From Octopus sinensis (Eukaryota): a stretch of 64,000 bases of DNA. The notes under the pieces are model-generated. The model saw nothing but the letters and a program-made list of their open reading frames with translations, ran no database searches and was not told where the DNA came from. Positions within the stretch are counted from its first letter, which is position 1, and every line of letters starts with the position of its first letter. Of this stretch, positions 11,690 to 23,600 are shown piece after piece. Position numbers and translations under genes: made by a program. The stretch is from assembly GCF_006345805.1 (NCBI RefSeq), contig NC_043004.1, positions 107,012,001 to 107,076,000 on the forward strand, in the 5' to 3' direction.

Positions 11690-11854
11690 ATATATACGAC
11701 AGGCTTCTTTCAGTTTCCGTCTACCAAATCCACTCACAAGGCATTGGTCGGCCCGGGGCTATAGCAGAAGACACTTGCCCAAGATGCCATGCAGTGGGAC
11801 TGAACCCGGAACCATGTGGTTGGTTAGCAAGCTACTTACCACACAGCCACTCCT
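11461..11854 (-). mobile_element. SINE family A, full-length young copy with internal (TA)n
   Basis: tRNA-like head aggagtggctgtgtggtaag..ggttcagtccc; tail aaggcggtgctccagcatggccgcagtcaaatgactgaaacaagtaaaag. Confidence 0.9.
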
Positions 11855-11860
11855 GATATT

Positions 11861-11989
11861 TTTTATTAATATTTAGCAGAAACAACAGAGTAACTCAAAG
11901 TGCGAAAGTTTCATGCGTTGGCATGTTTGGTAAGTACCAATGCATGAAACCTTGAGTCACTCTGCTGCTTCTGCTAAATATTAATAAAA
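11861..11989. repeat. Imperfect inverted repeat / hairpin
   Basis: ttttattaatatttagcagaa..gagt.actcaa pairs with ttgagtcactc..ttctgctaaatattaataaaa; inner gtttcatgcgttgg / ccaatgcatgaaac. Confidence 0.85.
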
Positions 11990-11992
11990 CAG

Positions 11993-12030
<38 letters not shown>

Positions 12031-12104
12031 CACACACAGACTTTAAGGTGGTGCTCCAGCATGGCTGCAGTCAAATGACTGAAACAAGTAAAAGAACAAT
12101 ACAT

Positions 12105-12135
<31 letters not shown>

Positions 12136-12231
12136 TCAATATAGGGAGGCAAAAAAAATTTTGTAGAATTCTTTTGCCCCCAGCGGCCTAGTGGGAAAAA
12201 ATTAAATAGTCATAAACCATTTTTAAGTTCA

Positions 12232-12485
12232 ATATCACAATCAAGGAACGGCCATAATAGGCCATTCACCCACTAGAAATAACAGCCAAAAAGCTTCAAC
12301 CGCAAAATAACATTAATTCCGTAAATCAGGAGAAAATTAAAAAACTTAAAAAACTAAAAAATTAAAAAAAAATTTTTTTATTTTCTCCTGATTTACGGAA
12401 TTAATGTTATTTTGCGGTTGAAGCTTTTTGGCTGTTATTTCTAGTGGGTGAATGGCCTATTATGGCCGTTCCTTGATTGTGATAT
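12232..12485. repeat. Perfect inverted repeat, 106-bp arms, 42-bp A/T-rich spacer
   Basis: 12232-12337 is the reverse complement of 12380-12485. Confidence 0.95.
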
Positions 12486-12949
12486 ATATATATATATATA
12501 TATATATAGATATATAGTTGAAATTTACAGAAAAATAAAAGATGAAGACAAGTGTATAAACAACAAGTAGACATAAAGGCGGTGCTCCAGCATGGCTGCA
12601 GTCAAATGACTGAAACAAGTAAAAAAGTATATTAGTTTAATGCTCGGGAAGGTGAGAAAGTCTTTTACGTTTCGAGCCTAGGCTCTTCAACAAAAAGAAA
12701 CACAAGAAAATAAACAGAGAGAATAAATATATAATACACACACACACACACACAATGAGTACCCACACAATTTCTGTTTTCCAAACTCACTCCCAAAGCA
12801 TTGGTCAGCCAGAGCTATAGTAGAAGACACTTGAGCAAGGTGTCACATAGTGGGACTGAACCTGAAACCACATGGTTAAAAAGTGAACTTCTTAACCACT
12901 TAACTGAAAAGTAAAAATGTCTTTATATTTCCATGCTTATAAAAATAAG

Positions 12950-13531
12950 AAAACAACCTTGCTAATTTTTATAATTTTCTTTTTATTTATATTAATATCA
13001 TCACCATCATTATCAACATCATCATTTAGATTCGTATTGTCACAATTATCGATATTGTTAATTAGTAAATTGTGTTGTTTTTTGTTTTGTTTTTGTTTTT
13101 GTTTTTTTTTTGTTTTTTAAAAAGAGGTTGGTGGAGAAGGGGGAATTTTTCTATGATGTTTGTGGTTGTTTTGAAGGGCTGTTTGTGTCGTGGTGGTGGT
13201 GGTGGTGGTGGCAGAGTTAGAGTGAATTAACGATGCGAGAGAGAGGAGAAAAAGAGAGAGAGAGAAAGAGGGAGGGAGAGAAAGACAGAGAGCAGTTATT
13301 GAGAAAAGCTTAAATATAGAGGCCGTTACAAGAAAGAGGGAAGAATGTGCTGGAATCTAGTGAAAATTATCATTATTATAGTAGTAGTAGTAGGAGTAAT
13401 AGTAGTAAAAATGGTTTATTGGTTTGTCTGGTAGCAGACATTATTGAGTAAGTGGACAGGGTGTCGGGAGGGGTGGGATTTAGTCCTCTTATTGATTTAT
13501 TCATAGAAGTCTTTTGTTTATATATGCACAT

Positions 13532-13562
<31 letters not shown>

Positions 13563-13774
13563 GCACATGTATGTATGTGTATGTATTTATGTATGCCCAT
13601 TTGAAATGATTGCCATGACAGAGAAAGAAGCTCAGAGCTCAGCTTCTACACACAAGAGAAAGAAGAGAGTGAGTATTAATGAAGATCAAGATGTAGAGGT
13701 GGCGGTTGTGGTGGTGGTGGTGGAGAGGGAGAGTCGTTTAGGAAGAGCTGAGGTTGGTGGGGACATGAAGTATT
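12950..13774 (-). other. Putative ROCK 3' UTR with AATAAA at 12982-12987
   Basis: Non-TE, microsatellite-containing sequence after the stop; AATAAA on minus strand just before SINE sequence resumes; 3' end is inferred. Confidence 0.5.
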
Positions 13775-13889
13775 TCAAGGACGAGTATTTGGTGGGAGTG
13801 TCGCTGATTTTCCAACTGAAGAATGACGAAGTAGTGGCCCATATGATGAATATTGTCTCAAGCTACGAGAAGGCACCACGCTGGAAGAA
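13775..13889 (-). CDS. ROCK: ROCK terminal coding exon ([15 protein letters not shown]...[11 protein letters not shown])
   Basis: Strong polypyrimidine tract plus gcag acceptor at 13890-13891; phase fits the 24109 donor; TGA at 13775-13777; Ser-rich tail as in invertebrate Rok proteins. Confidence 0.85.
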
Positions 13890-15427
13890 CTGCGAAAAAA
13901 AAAAGAGAAAAACAGCATAACTTTAGAATAGACTGTAGAGTTTGAGATGGAATGGTCAGTAGATAGAGAGTCATATTATATCTTATGTAGACCTGGTTTC
14001 AAATCCCAGTTGGAACAACTTCAAGAACATACCTAATGCCATTGAGAACTTACCATTTCCTACATGCTATGCCATGAGTCTTAGGCTTTATACATATGTA
14101 AGAATCGATAGTCCACCCAATGCCTCATTTGACAAAGATGAAACCCAGCTGAAACTGACTTTGTCTTTTAGTAATGCTGGAGTCATTAAAATAAAATAAA
14201 AACTACAGAGGAACAATTAGTCACTTGGTTAGAATAAATTCTACTTAGATAATCAAATATGGTGCTAATTGCCAGAGAGCTCAATAATAAAGTTATGTAT
14301 GTACTCTCTCCACTACTCCTTTATGTGATACAGTCTTTTCCAGAAGCAAGAACTGTGTTGCAGGATGTCATCTGAAGCCTCAGCTATTTAACAGAGCATA
14401 AAACAGAAATGCTTCAAATCTATCTGTATAAATAAAATCCTATTCAGGAATGACATCCTTAGTTATGTTTAAAACCTCAAAGTAATGAATGAATTTCCTA
14501 TCCATCTAATTGTAAATTCTCATCTTATTTTCAATTCTATGATTTTAGCATTTTACTCATTTCTAACATTTAAACATACTCCTCTTCTCATCCCTAATTA
14601 ACTGTACAAATTCACACTTTTACTGAATAAACCCCTCGTCTTATATCCTATGTAGGAGGAAAAAAGTACTTTACATAATCAGAAACAAAGAATCATATCT
14701 CTCACATATCTTCAGAACTATACATCAAATTTCATCTGAAAATGAAAACCATAAATTTCTCTCCACATCCAAATCTACCATTTCATCTTTGTTAAAGACT
14801 AGCATTTATCATACTAATGGTGTATTATGTATATATATTCATATAGGACATGCAATGTTCCTTCTAAGCTGTGCACTTGTGAATGCAATATTTTGTAGCC
14901 AGCATACACAAAATAACGAAAGTGCACTTGTTAAATTAATACATGCACAAAAAGTTAATTGTCAAAATTATGTAGTAATTAATAACTATATTTATTACAT
15001 GGTCAATGCACTCAAATTTTTGTCACAAGGGAAGAAAATTTGGTGCACACAGACCACTAAAACTTGGTGGGGACATTGGAGTATCAGCATGTTTTGCCTA
15101 AGGTTTAACATTCCAGCATTTTAAATCAGTAAACAACTAATTGATTTAGAACACTAATGGTGTAAGATATACTGATGCCATCAACATTATCGTCATTTAA
15201 CATCCACTTTTCTGTGCTTGCATTTATCAAAAAAGAATTTGCTAAGACAATATTCCAACAGCTGGATGATACCCTTCATGGTGGCCACCTCCACCTGTTT
15301 CCAAGCAAGGTGATATTTTCCCATATCCACACGCTTTCTACAGAAGATAGAAAACAAACAACCTTGCTTATATGATGGTGATGCTCATTTACAGCTATTA
15401 CAACTATTGCATCATGTCTAGACAAGG

Positions 15428-15458
<31 letters not shown>

Positions 15459-16352
15459 TAAATACATATGAATTTTTATCTTTTACTTGTTTTAGTCTTT
15501 GGACTGTGGCCATGCTGGGACATAGTCTTGAACAGTTTAGTCAAACAAGTCAACTGCAGTACTTATTTTTAAGCCTGATACCTATTTTATTAAATATTTT
15601 GCTGAACTACTAAGTTCCAGGGATATAAACAAACCAATTACTAAGTAGTGAAGGGTAGGGAGGACAAATACACACCTCCAGGCTTCTTTCAGTTTCCAGC
15701 AACTAAATCTACAAAGATTTGATCAACCCGAGGCTATAGTAAAAGACACTTGTGCTTAAGAAGCTGCACAGTGGAACTGAACCGTAGACCACATGGTTGG
15801 GAAGTAAGCTTCTCATTCACACAGCCACACCAAAACTGATAAAAGATCCTTTAAATATGAATATTACTTCATATAAGAGGTGGTGGTGGTGGTGGTGGTG
15901 GTGGAGGAATCTCTGCAACCAAAGACATGTCAATATGACTGAGTCTACAACAACCTTGTCTTTGTGGTGGTTGGATTGGACCAATTTAAATCCTACAAAA
16001 TGAACCACCACAGAATGACAAAAATGTCATTTCGAGTCTGGGTAAGTATCAGCTTTCCTCATAACTCTAAGTACGACGACCAAGATCTAAAAGCTTTGCC
16101 ATTTATTTACAAATTATGTATCAAAGTACAGATGTCAGAATGAGAAGTCATCATCTGGTTCAGCAGACACACAGACAGACAATAACAAGATGACAGGATA
16201 TAGCCTGAAAATTATTTTCTGCTGCAACATATGAAGAGGTCATATGAAGAGGTCAGTAGTTTTAAGAGGAAAACCTTTCTTATTTTGTTTAAAATCAAGG
16301 TTTCATATAACAGTGCAAACTAGTCCTACTCAAGTTTCATGTCATATACACA

Positions 16353-16397
<45 letters not shown>

Positions 16398-17302
16398 AGC
16401 CATTATCTAAAACAAAACAATGCACTATAAAGAACCCCAATTAGCATTTTTTAACCCTGTCACCTTAATATTCTGTAAAATAAACATTAAACAGCCTCCA
16501 TACTTGGCAAAAGTCAAAAGCTGGAGTTCAATTCCAGCCGACAGATTGTTGAATGTAGTTTCTTAATAAATGTGACCAAAGTTTCTTTCACATTTGACAG
16601 CAATGCTTACATTGGAAACATTACAAACTGAATGATTCCCAAGCTGTTGTCACTACTGCCAATGTCCTAGGTAGTGGTTCGAAACTTTTAGCATTTAAAT
16701 TGGCCATATCAAGCCTCTTACACCTACCCTACAACGCCATTCTAAAAATAAACAATGACATTATTGAAATCTTGAAGCTACAAGACATTGCATGATTAAT
16801 TGAAAACGATGGGAATAAATAAGCATTTCACTTGTTGGAGTAAACTGAGTGCTAAATGGTCGAGGAGAGGACAGAGCTACAGTTATTTAGCAGTGTTTCA
16901 TACATAAGCATCTAACTGCACCAAATTAGTATCATCATCATCATCATCATCATCATTTAACGTCCGCCTTCCATGCTGTGTCCTAATATATATGGCAAGG
17001 TTGGACAGGGTTTCGCTGAATATTACATTATACTTTACAGAAATGGTTTAGAACTCAAAAAGCAGGAATTAACTGAAAACAGATATTCATTTTACATTCA
17101 ATCAACACAAATGAACAACCTAAACTACAGAAAAAACAAATTTCAAAAATAACATACATACATACATATATATTGGAAGGCTTCAGTACAATAATCATGC
17201 TTATGCAAAAATATCAATATATTATCATTATATATCATGCTTATATAAGAAATTATCATTGCCATTATTATTATTACAATTATTGTTATAATCATTACTA
17301 TG

Positions 17303-17335
<33 letters not shown>

Positions 17336-20300
17336 TACTACTACAACTATTATCTTTATTGTTGTTATTAATGTCATCATCCCATTATTATTAACTTCCC
17401 TTAAATGAACAGTTTATGCCCAAGGAGTAAGGTTACACATTTAAGCTAGTTAATAGTCCTCTCCACATAAATGTCTTTACTGTAGATTCAGCAATGATAT
17501 GAACAGTTAAATAGAAGAACCTGACATCAATAAAGCTTGGAGAAAAATTTATAAATGACAACTTAATCATATGAAAAACAAAAAAAAGTTGCAGTACACT
17601 GATGGACAAAAATAAAAGAAACAAAATAATATTCAAAAATTATCAGTCGTTCCATGCTGATAGAAATTAACCAATGAGAAACAGTGTCAAGAACAATAAC
17701 AACAATAGAACTATACAATGTTGGTCTTTATTTATTATTTTCAAATCTCACCAATTTGAAGTGTTTTTTTGTTTTACAAAAAAAAACAAAACTAAGATTG
17801 TAGAAGAGAAAATAAACATGAAATTGTAGACAACAGTCACTGCTGGTAACATATTCATACAGAATGCACTGGTGGGGTTGAAATCAAAATGGAAATGTAT
17901 AAAATAAGAAAAGAGAACAAAATAAAACAGAAAAAAAAAGAAACATGAAGGTGGTGCCACAAACTGTAACAAAGCGTAAAATGAATTCAGAACCAGTGAT
18001 AGAATTGTGAAGAATCACAGAACAAAGCACAGAAACATTATCAGGAAAGAAAGAAAGAAAACACACACACACACACACATACATTGTGTAACAGGAATGA
18101 ACAGAATTTTTTTTCTTTCATTTCACCAAAAAAAAAGAAATAACTTTTAACACCAACATTGTGACACTCAGGTAAAGAATTGTAATTTACAAATTCAGGT
18201 ATTAACAGCTTCCAACATCATCACAACGCAACTTACATTGGTGAAACTTGTCTTGCTGCTATTAATGGTGCATTTGTAAAAATGGTGCACCTTACTCCGT
18301 TATTTCCTACAACATCAAGTTAGATTGAAAAAGAAAAGAATCATCAGACATTAGAAGTAAACATTCCTCAGTAAAGTGAGAAATAAAATATTAATAAATA
18401 AACTGCAGAAATGATCTCATCTTTTTGACAGAGAGTCTTCAACTAGACAGTTTTATACAGGGCCAAGGCACAACAAGGTACCGACACATCATCCAAGCCA
18501 TAAAAGCCATCCCCCCACAGAAAATATAAAAAAAAACTTATACATTCAACAATGTCTTAAGTAAAACATACTAAATGAGAAGGGTTACAATGAATTCTGG
18601 AGAAGCACTTAAGAGATGGCTTATCAATACTGATCAATAGTGCTATGTAGAAGGACACAAACAATAGAGAAAACTAACACACACAAAGCATCTGTTAAAT
18701 GCATTGTGACTAAAGATTATGTATTCATAAGTGATTGGTAAATTGGTGGATTATTTTGAAATACTATGCAGCACGTTTATCAAATGGTTTTATATATGAA
18801 TCTGTGCTGTTATATGGCAGTGAAAATATGGCGAGTGACAAAGCAAATATCAACGGGCTAAATGGATGCTACAAATGGCCCTAGGTGTGAAATGGCAGCA
18901 ACAGACAACAAATGAATGGCGACCTGCCAAAAGTTAGCAAGAAGATTAGGCAAAGACGGCTGCGATTATCCAGCCATTGTGTACAGTATCCTGAATTGGA
19001 AGCAACCAAATTAATCTTGTGGAACCCACTTCCCGGTGATGTAAGAAGAGGAAAACATCATTCACATTTTCATCAACAACTTGATTGCAGACACTGGCTT
19101 GGAATGTATCCAGGACCTTCAGGCATTTTGATGTTGGACCAAGAAATGTGGTGGGTGGACTTTGTTGTTGTGGCCTCGGCTAGAACCCGGCCACAATAAT
19201 AATAAAAATTGATATGTAAAAAAAAATTCAATGTTTAAGACATACCTTGTAAGTCACAAAGCAGTCATGTTGTATTCAGGAAAGCAAAGTTTTTCCAATA
19301 AGACTGACAATGCAACTATCAATTTTAGGACTAACTGATTACCATCTCAGGTTGATATTTAGTCCCACCACCATCATTTGCAACTGAAGAGACAACTGAA
19401 GGTGTAAGTTGGTAATCATGCTGAATAATATTGATTTCAAATTTTGGCACAATGCCAGCAATTTCAGGGGAGGGGGTAAGTTGATTATATTGGCCCCAAT
19501 TCTCAACTGGTACTTATTTTATCAACCCCAAGAGGATGGAAGGCAAAGTTGACCATGGCAGAATTTGAACTCAGAATATGCATACAGATGAAATGCCACT
19601 AAGCATTTCACCCAGTGTGCCAACGATTCTGCCAGCTTTCCACCTTCATACTGAAATAGTAACTTTATCACTTGTACAAGGTTGTTACAACTCATACCTG
19701 TCACTGTACATTACAGAATAATTACTAGCTGAGCCCCAGCACAACACTTAGCAAGTCAAGCCACACAGCCTGATGAAAGAAACAATAATCCTACAGGTAA
19801 CAACTGCTTTACTGGTCAGCTGATTTACTGAAAATATCAGGGGTTTATAATCCCAGTATAAACACAACTAAATATGTCTCATAATAATAGTAATAATAAT
19901 AATCTTTTCTACTATAGGTACAAGGCCTGAAATTTGGGGGAGGTGGAGATTACTTGATTACATCGACCCCAGTGTTTCCACTGTTATTTGTTTTATTGAC
20001 CCTGAAAAGATGAAAGACAAAGTTGACCTCAGTAGAATTTGAACTCAGAACATAAAGATGGACAAAATGTTGCTAAGCATTTAGCCTGACATGCTAACGA
20101 TTTGGCTATTTGCCACCTGCTCATAATAATAATGATGGTTTCAAATTTTGCCACAAGGGCAGCAATTTTGAGAGAGGGAGATAGTTGATTACATTGACCC
20201 CAGTACACAACTGGTACTTAATTTATCGACCCTAAAAGGATAAAAGGCAAAGTCGATCTCAGCCAAATTTGAACTCAGAACGTAGCGACAGGCAATATAC

Positions 20301-20601
20301 TGCTAAGCATTTCAAACAGTGTGTTACCAATTCTGCCAGCTCACCACCTTTCCCATAACAATAATAATATCAATAATAATAATAACAATAATAATAATCC
20401 TTTCTACTAGAGGCACAAGGCCTGAAATTTTGGGAGAGGGGGATAGTTGATTACTTTGACCTCCAATACAAAACTGGTATTTATTCTATAGACCCTGAAA
20501 GGCAAAGTTGACCTTGGCAGAATTGGAGCTTAGAACGTAATGACAGGCAAAATACCGCTAAGCATTTCACCTGGCATGCTAACGATTCTGACAATTCGCC
20601 A

Positions 20602-20643
<42 letters not shown>

Positions 20644-23600
20644 TTATAAACTCTGAAGCAGTTCTCTCTCATTAAAGGGAATCTTCCCCCCACCTCTTCT
20701 ATCTCTCAGTAAACTCTATCTTTCTTCCTCACTCCAGAAACAACTGTAGATGGGGTCAGAAACAACCCACATCAAATTTCCCACATAAATGTTTTAAACA
20801 TTATTCTTCTTTTATATATTTACTGCTGATGTGTTTATACTAAAAACATCATCAAACTAAGAAATCCATGCCCATCACATTGATTTGGTTAGGAGATTGT
20901 TTGCTACTAAAAGAAATATGTTAATAACACCTGGTCTGCTTGATATTAGCTAACAGCACTAACTTTAACAATGCCCGTTTCGGGAGCCAATTTGTGTGTT
21001 AAAGGAGTTAATGAGCTGAAATATATAAATTGTCAGGATTTCAAATCTTGCTAACAACTCTCTCGAACATGGCAAATTATTGCATACATTAAGCTAACAT
21101 TATTTTTATGATATTGTTGTTGTTTAGCCCAAGGCCAGCCTTGAGTAGACCAATGATCAAAGGTGCATCATTTCATACATCAAGGTCTACACCACCCAAT
21201 GTCTCCCTTTTTATTTAAGATGGATAGGTTTGACTTAAGAGACCTTTGGTTGCTATTTCTAGCAGACAGAGCAACTGTAGTTGCTCTCTCACTGGTTCAT
21301 GCTTTATAATGTGGCAGTCCATGGTAAGTGTCAAAAATAATAAATGAAAAAACTGATTCAATGATATGTTAAGTTGTTAATAGATTAATGTTAATGATAT
21401 GCTAATATATTAAAATTCACATTTACAAAATCATCCCATTTCTGTTACATAAGAATGCCAGTGTGTGTGTGTGTGTGTGTGTGTAGGAGTGAATGTGTTA
21501 ATAGATTCCTTTTACTTTAAGGTAAGACAATAAAACATGAACGTAATCTTAAAATAAGGAATGGATTAGATAAAACCCCACCTTAATCATCAGCTTCCTC
21601 TCTACCATCGTCACCATCATCATCATCGTCAGCACCAGCAGCAACAGCAATTCATTTGATGTATATTTTCCCCAACCCCAAGCTCACATCTTTAGCAACA
21701 GATGAAACGTAAGAGCTTACATAACCACAAGAGCTGTCAGTTGGAAAGAGGCTTTGAAACAACATTCTGAATCTAAAGTAATGATTTATTTCTTATATGG
21801 TGGGGCTACCTGACGAGATGATCAATTAGTCCTGAAATTTATAGTAAAAGCAATAGAGTCAATTTACTGGTACTTAATTTATCAACACTAATTTAATATG
21901 AATCTGGAATTTAAAAAGGGCCTAACTGGACACTGCAAAACATTTTAGCCTAGAGCTGCACTGATTCAACCACTCACCACCCTCATAAATGTAAGCAATT
22001 CTACTTTTGGCACAAGGCCAGCAATTTTGAGGGGAATGGGGTGGGGGAGTCGATTACATTGACACTTAGTACTCAATGGCTACTTATTTCAAAGGTAAAG
22101 TTGGCATAGGAATTCAGAGCATAAAGAGCCAGAAGAAATGCTACCAATCATTTTGTCCAGCATAATAACGATTCAGCCAGCACACTGCATTACATAAATG
22201 TAAATAATGACACAGCTATATAATTACAGTTAGTTCGGGAAGAGATTTTTAAAGGATTGTAAGTGTATATCAAAATATTGAAGCTCTGCTTCAGTGAGCA
22301 TGCTTATTATTATGTTTTTCCATAAGAGTGAAGCAGCAGCATGAGTGCTCTTGGATGCTGGTTGCTCACATTGTGGCTTTTTGCTTTTGACCACCCATTT
22401 TGGTTCACTACATGATGGTTGGAGCCATTTGGTCTTGCTTAGACTGCTCACATCTTTGGCATGATGAATTGGCCTAGCATCTGTTTATCAGTTATAAAAC
22501 ATGGGCAATCCAAGCAAAACCAAATAGATCCAACCATCATGTGGTGAATGAAATGGGTTGTCAAAAGCAAAAATCCATAATGTGGGCAGCCAAAGTCCAA
22601 GAGTGCTCATGCTGCTGCTACAAGAGTACATTAGCTCAGCTTGTGATGAGATTTTAAGGTAACCCTCTTGAATTTTCTTGCAAAATTAATCAGAGCATGC
22701 AATGTTTTAGGTGTTTAGCAGTTTATATAGTACAAAGGTGAGGTTAAATAAATTCTTGAGAAATAATTAAATAATAAATCACAGGGAATGGCAAAAACAA
22801 CTGTTTCTTAGACACACTCCCTATCTATACGTACACACTCATAAACAGTCTTCACAACATATTCAATTTAATTTACATAAATAATATTTACATAAATTAA
22901 TTTAAGTTACATAAATATTCATATAAACTGAAAAAAAGTTGAGTAGGGAATAAATACACCTATCCTCTACAACATGTGTACATAAGTACAAACTTGCATG
23001 CCTTCCAGTTTAACTTTCGGTACCTTCCAGGCTGACTTATGATATACCAACAACAGCTATATTCAACAAGAAGTCATTTGACATTTGTAAAACAAAACTC
23101 ACAAAGCCCCAACACATTTGAGTTGCGGGAAAGAGTGTCTAACTTTAAAAAGAGTACCAAAAGAGTACCACGTACTCATAAATGTCAGCCCAAGCAACAC
23201 CTCTTCCCATCTCTGGCATAGAATATAGTTATAATACAAAATAGGCAAACTGGAAAAGTTTGAAGGGAAATAGTTAAAACAGCGATATAGTTACATTAAA
23301 AATATAACTATTATTGGCTAGTTTTAGGCATTTTTAAAATATAGTTTTATAACATAACATAACAGAATATTTATAAGATACACACTGACTATACAACACA
23401 ACACAGAGTTTGATCAAAACACATAATCGATTGAGTAGAATTAATCATTAGAATAAAAAAAACAGATCAACCTTTTCCTGGCATCACATAAAACTACACT
23501 GGAAGGTTTTATGCAATTATTTTGTGTCGACTTTTCCATGCTTACTGGGTCTTCCGAAGCACTGCAACACTTGCTCTGGGTCCTTTGTCATCTCTCTGTG

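Noticed and set aside
13567-13920. Plus-strand 117-aa ORF
   Set aside because: Antisense shadow of the ROCK last exon and UTR microsatellites.
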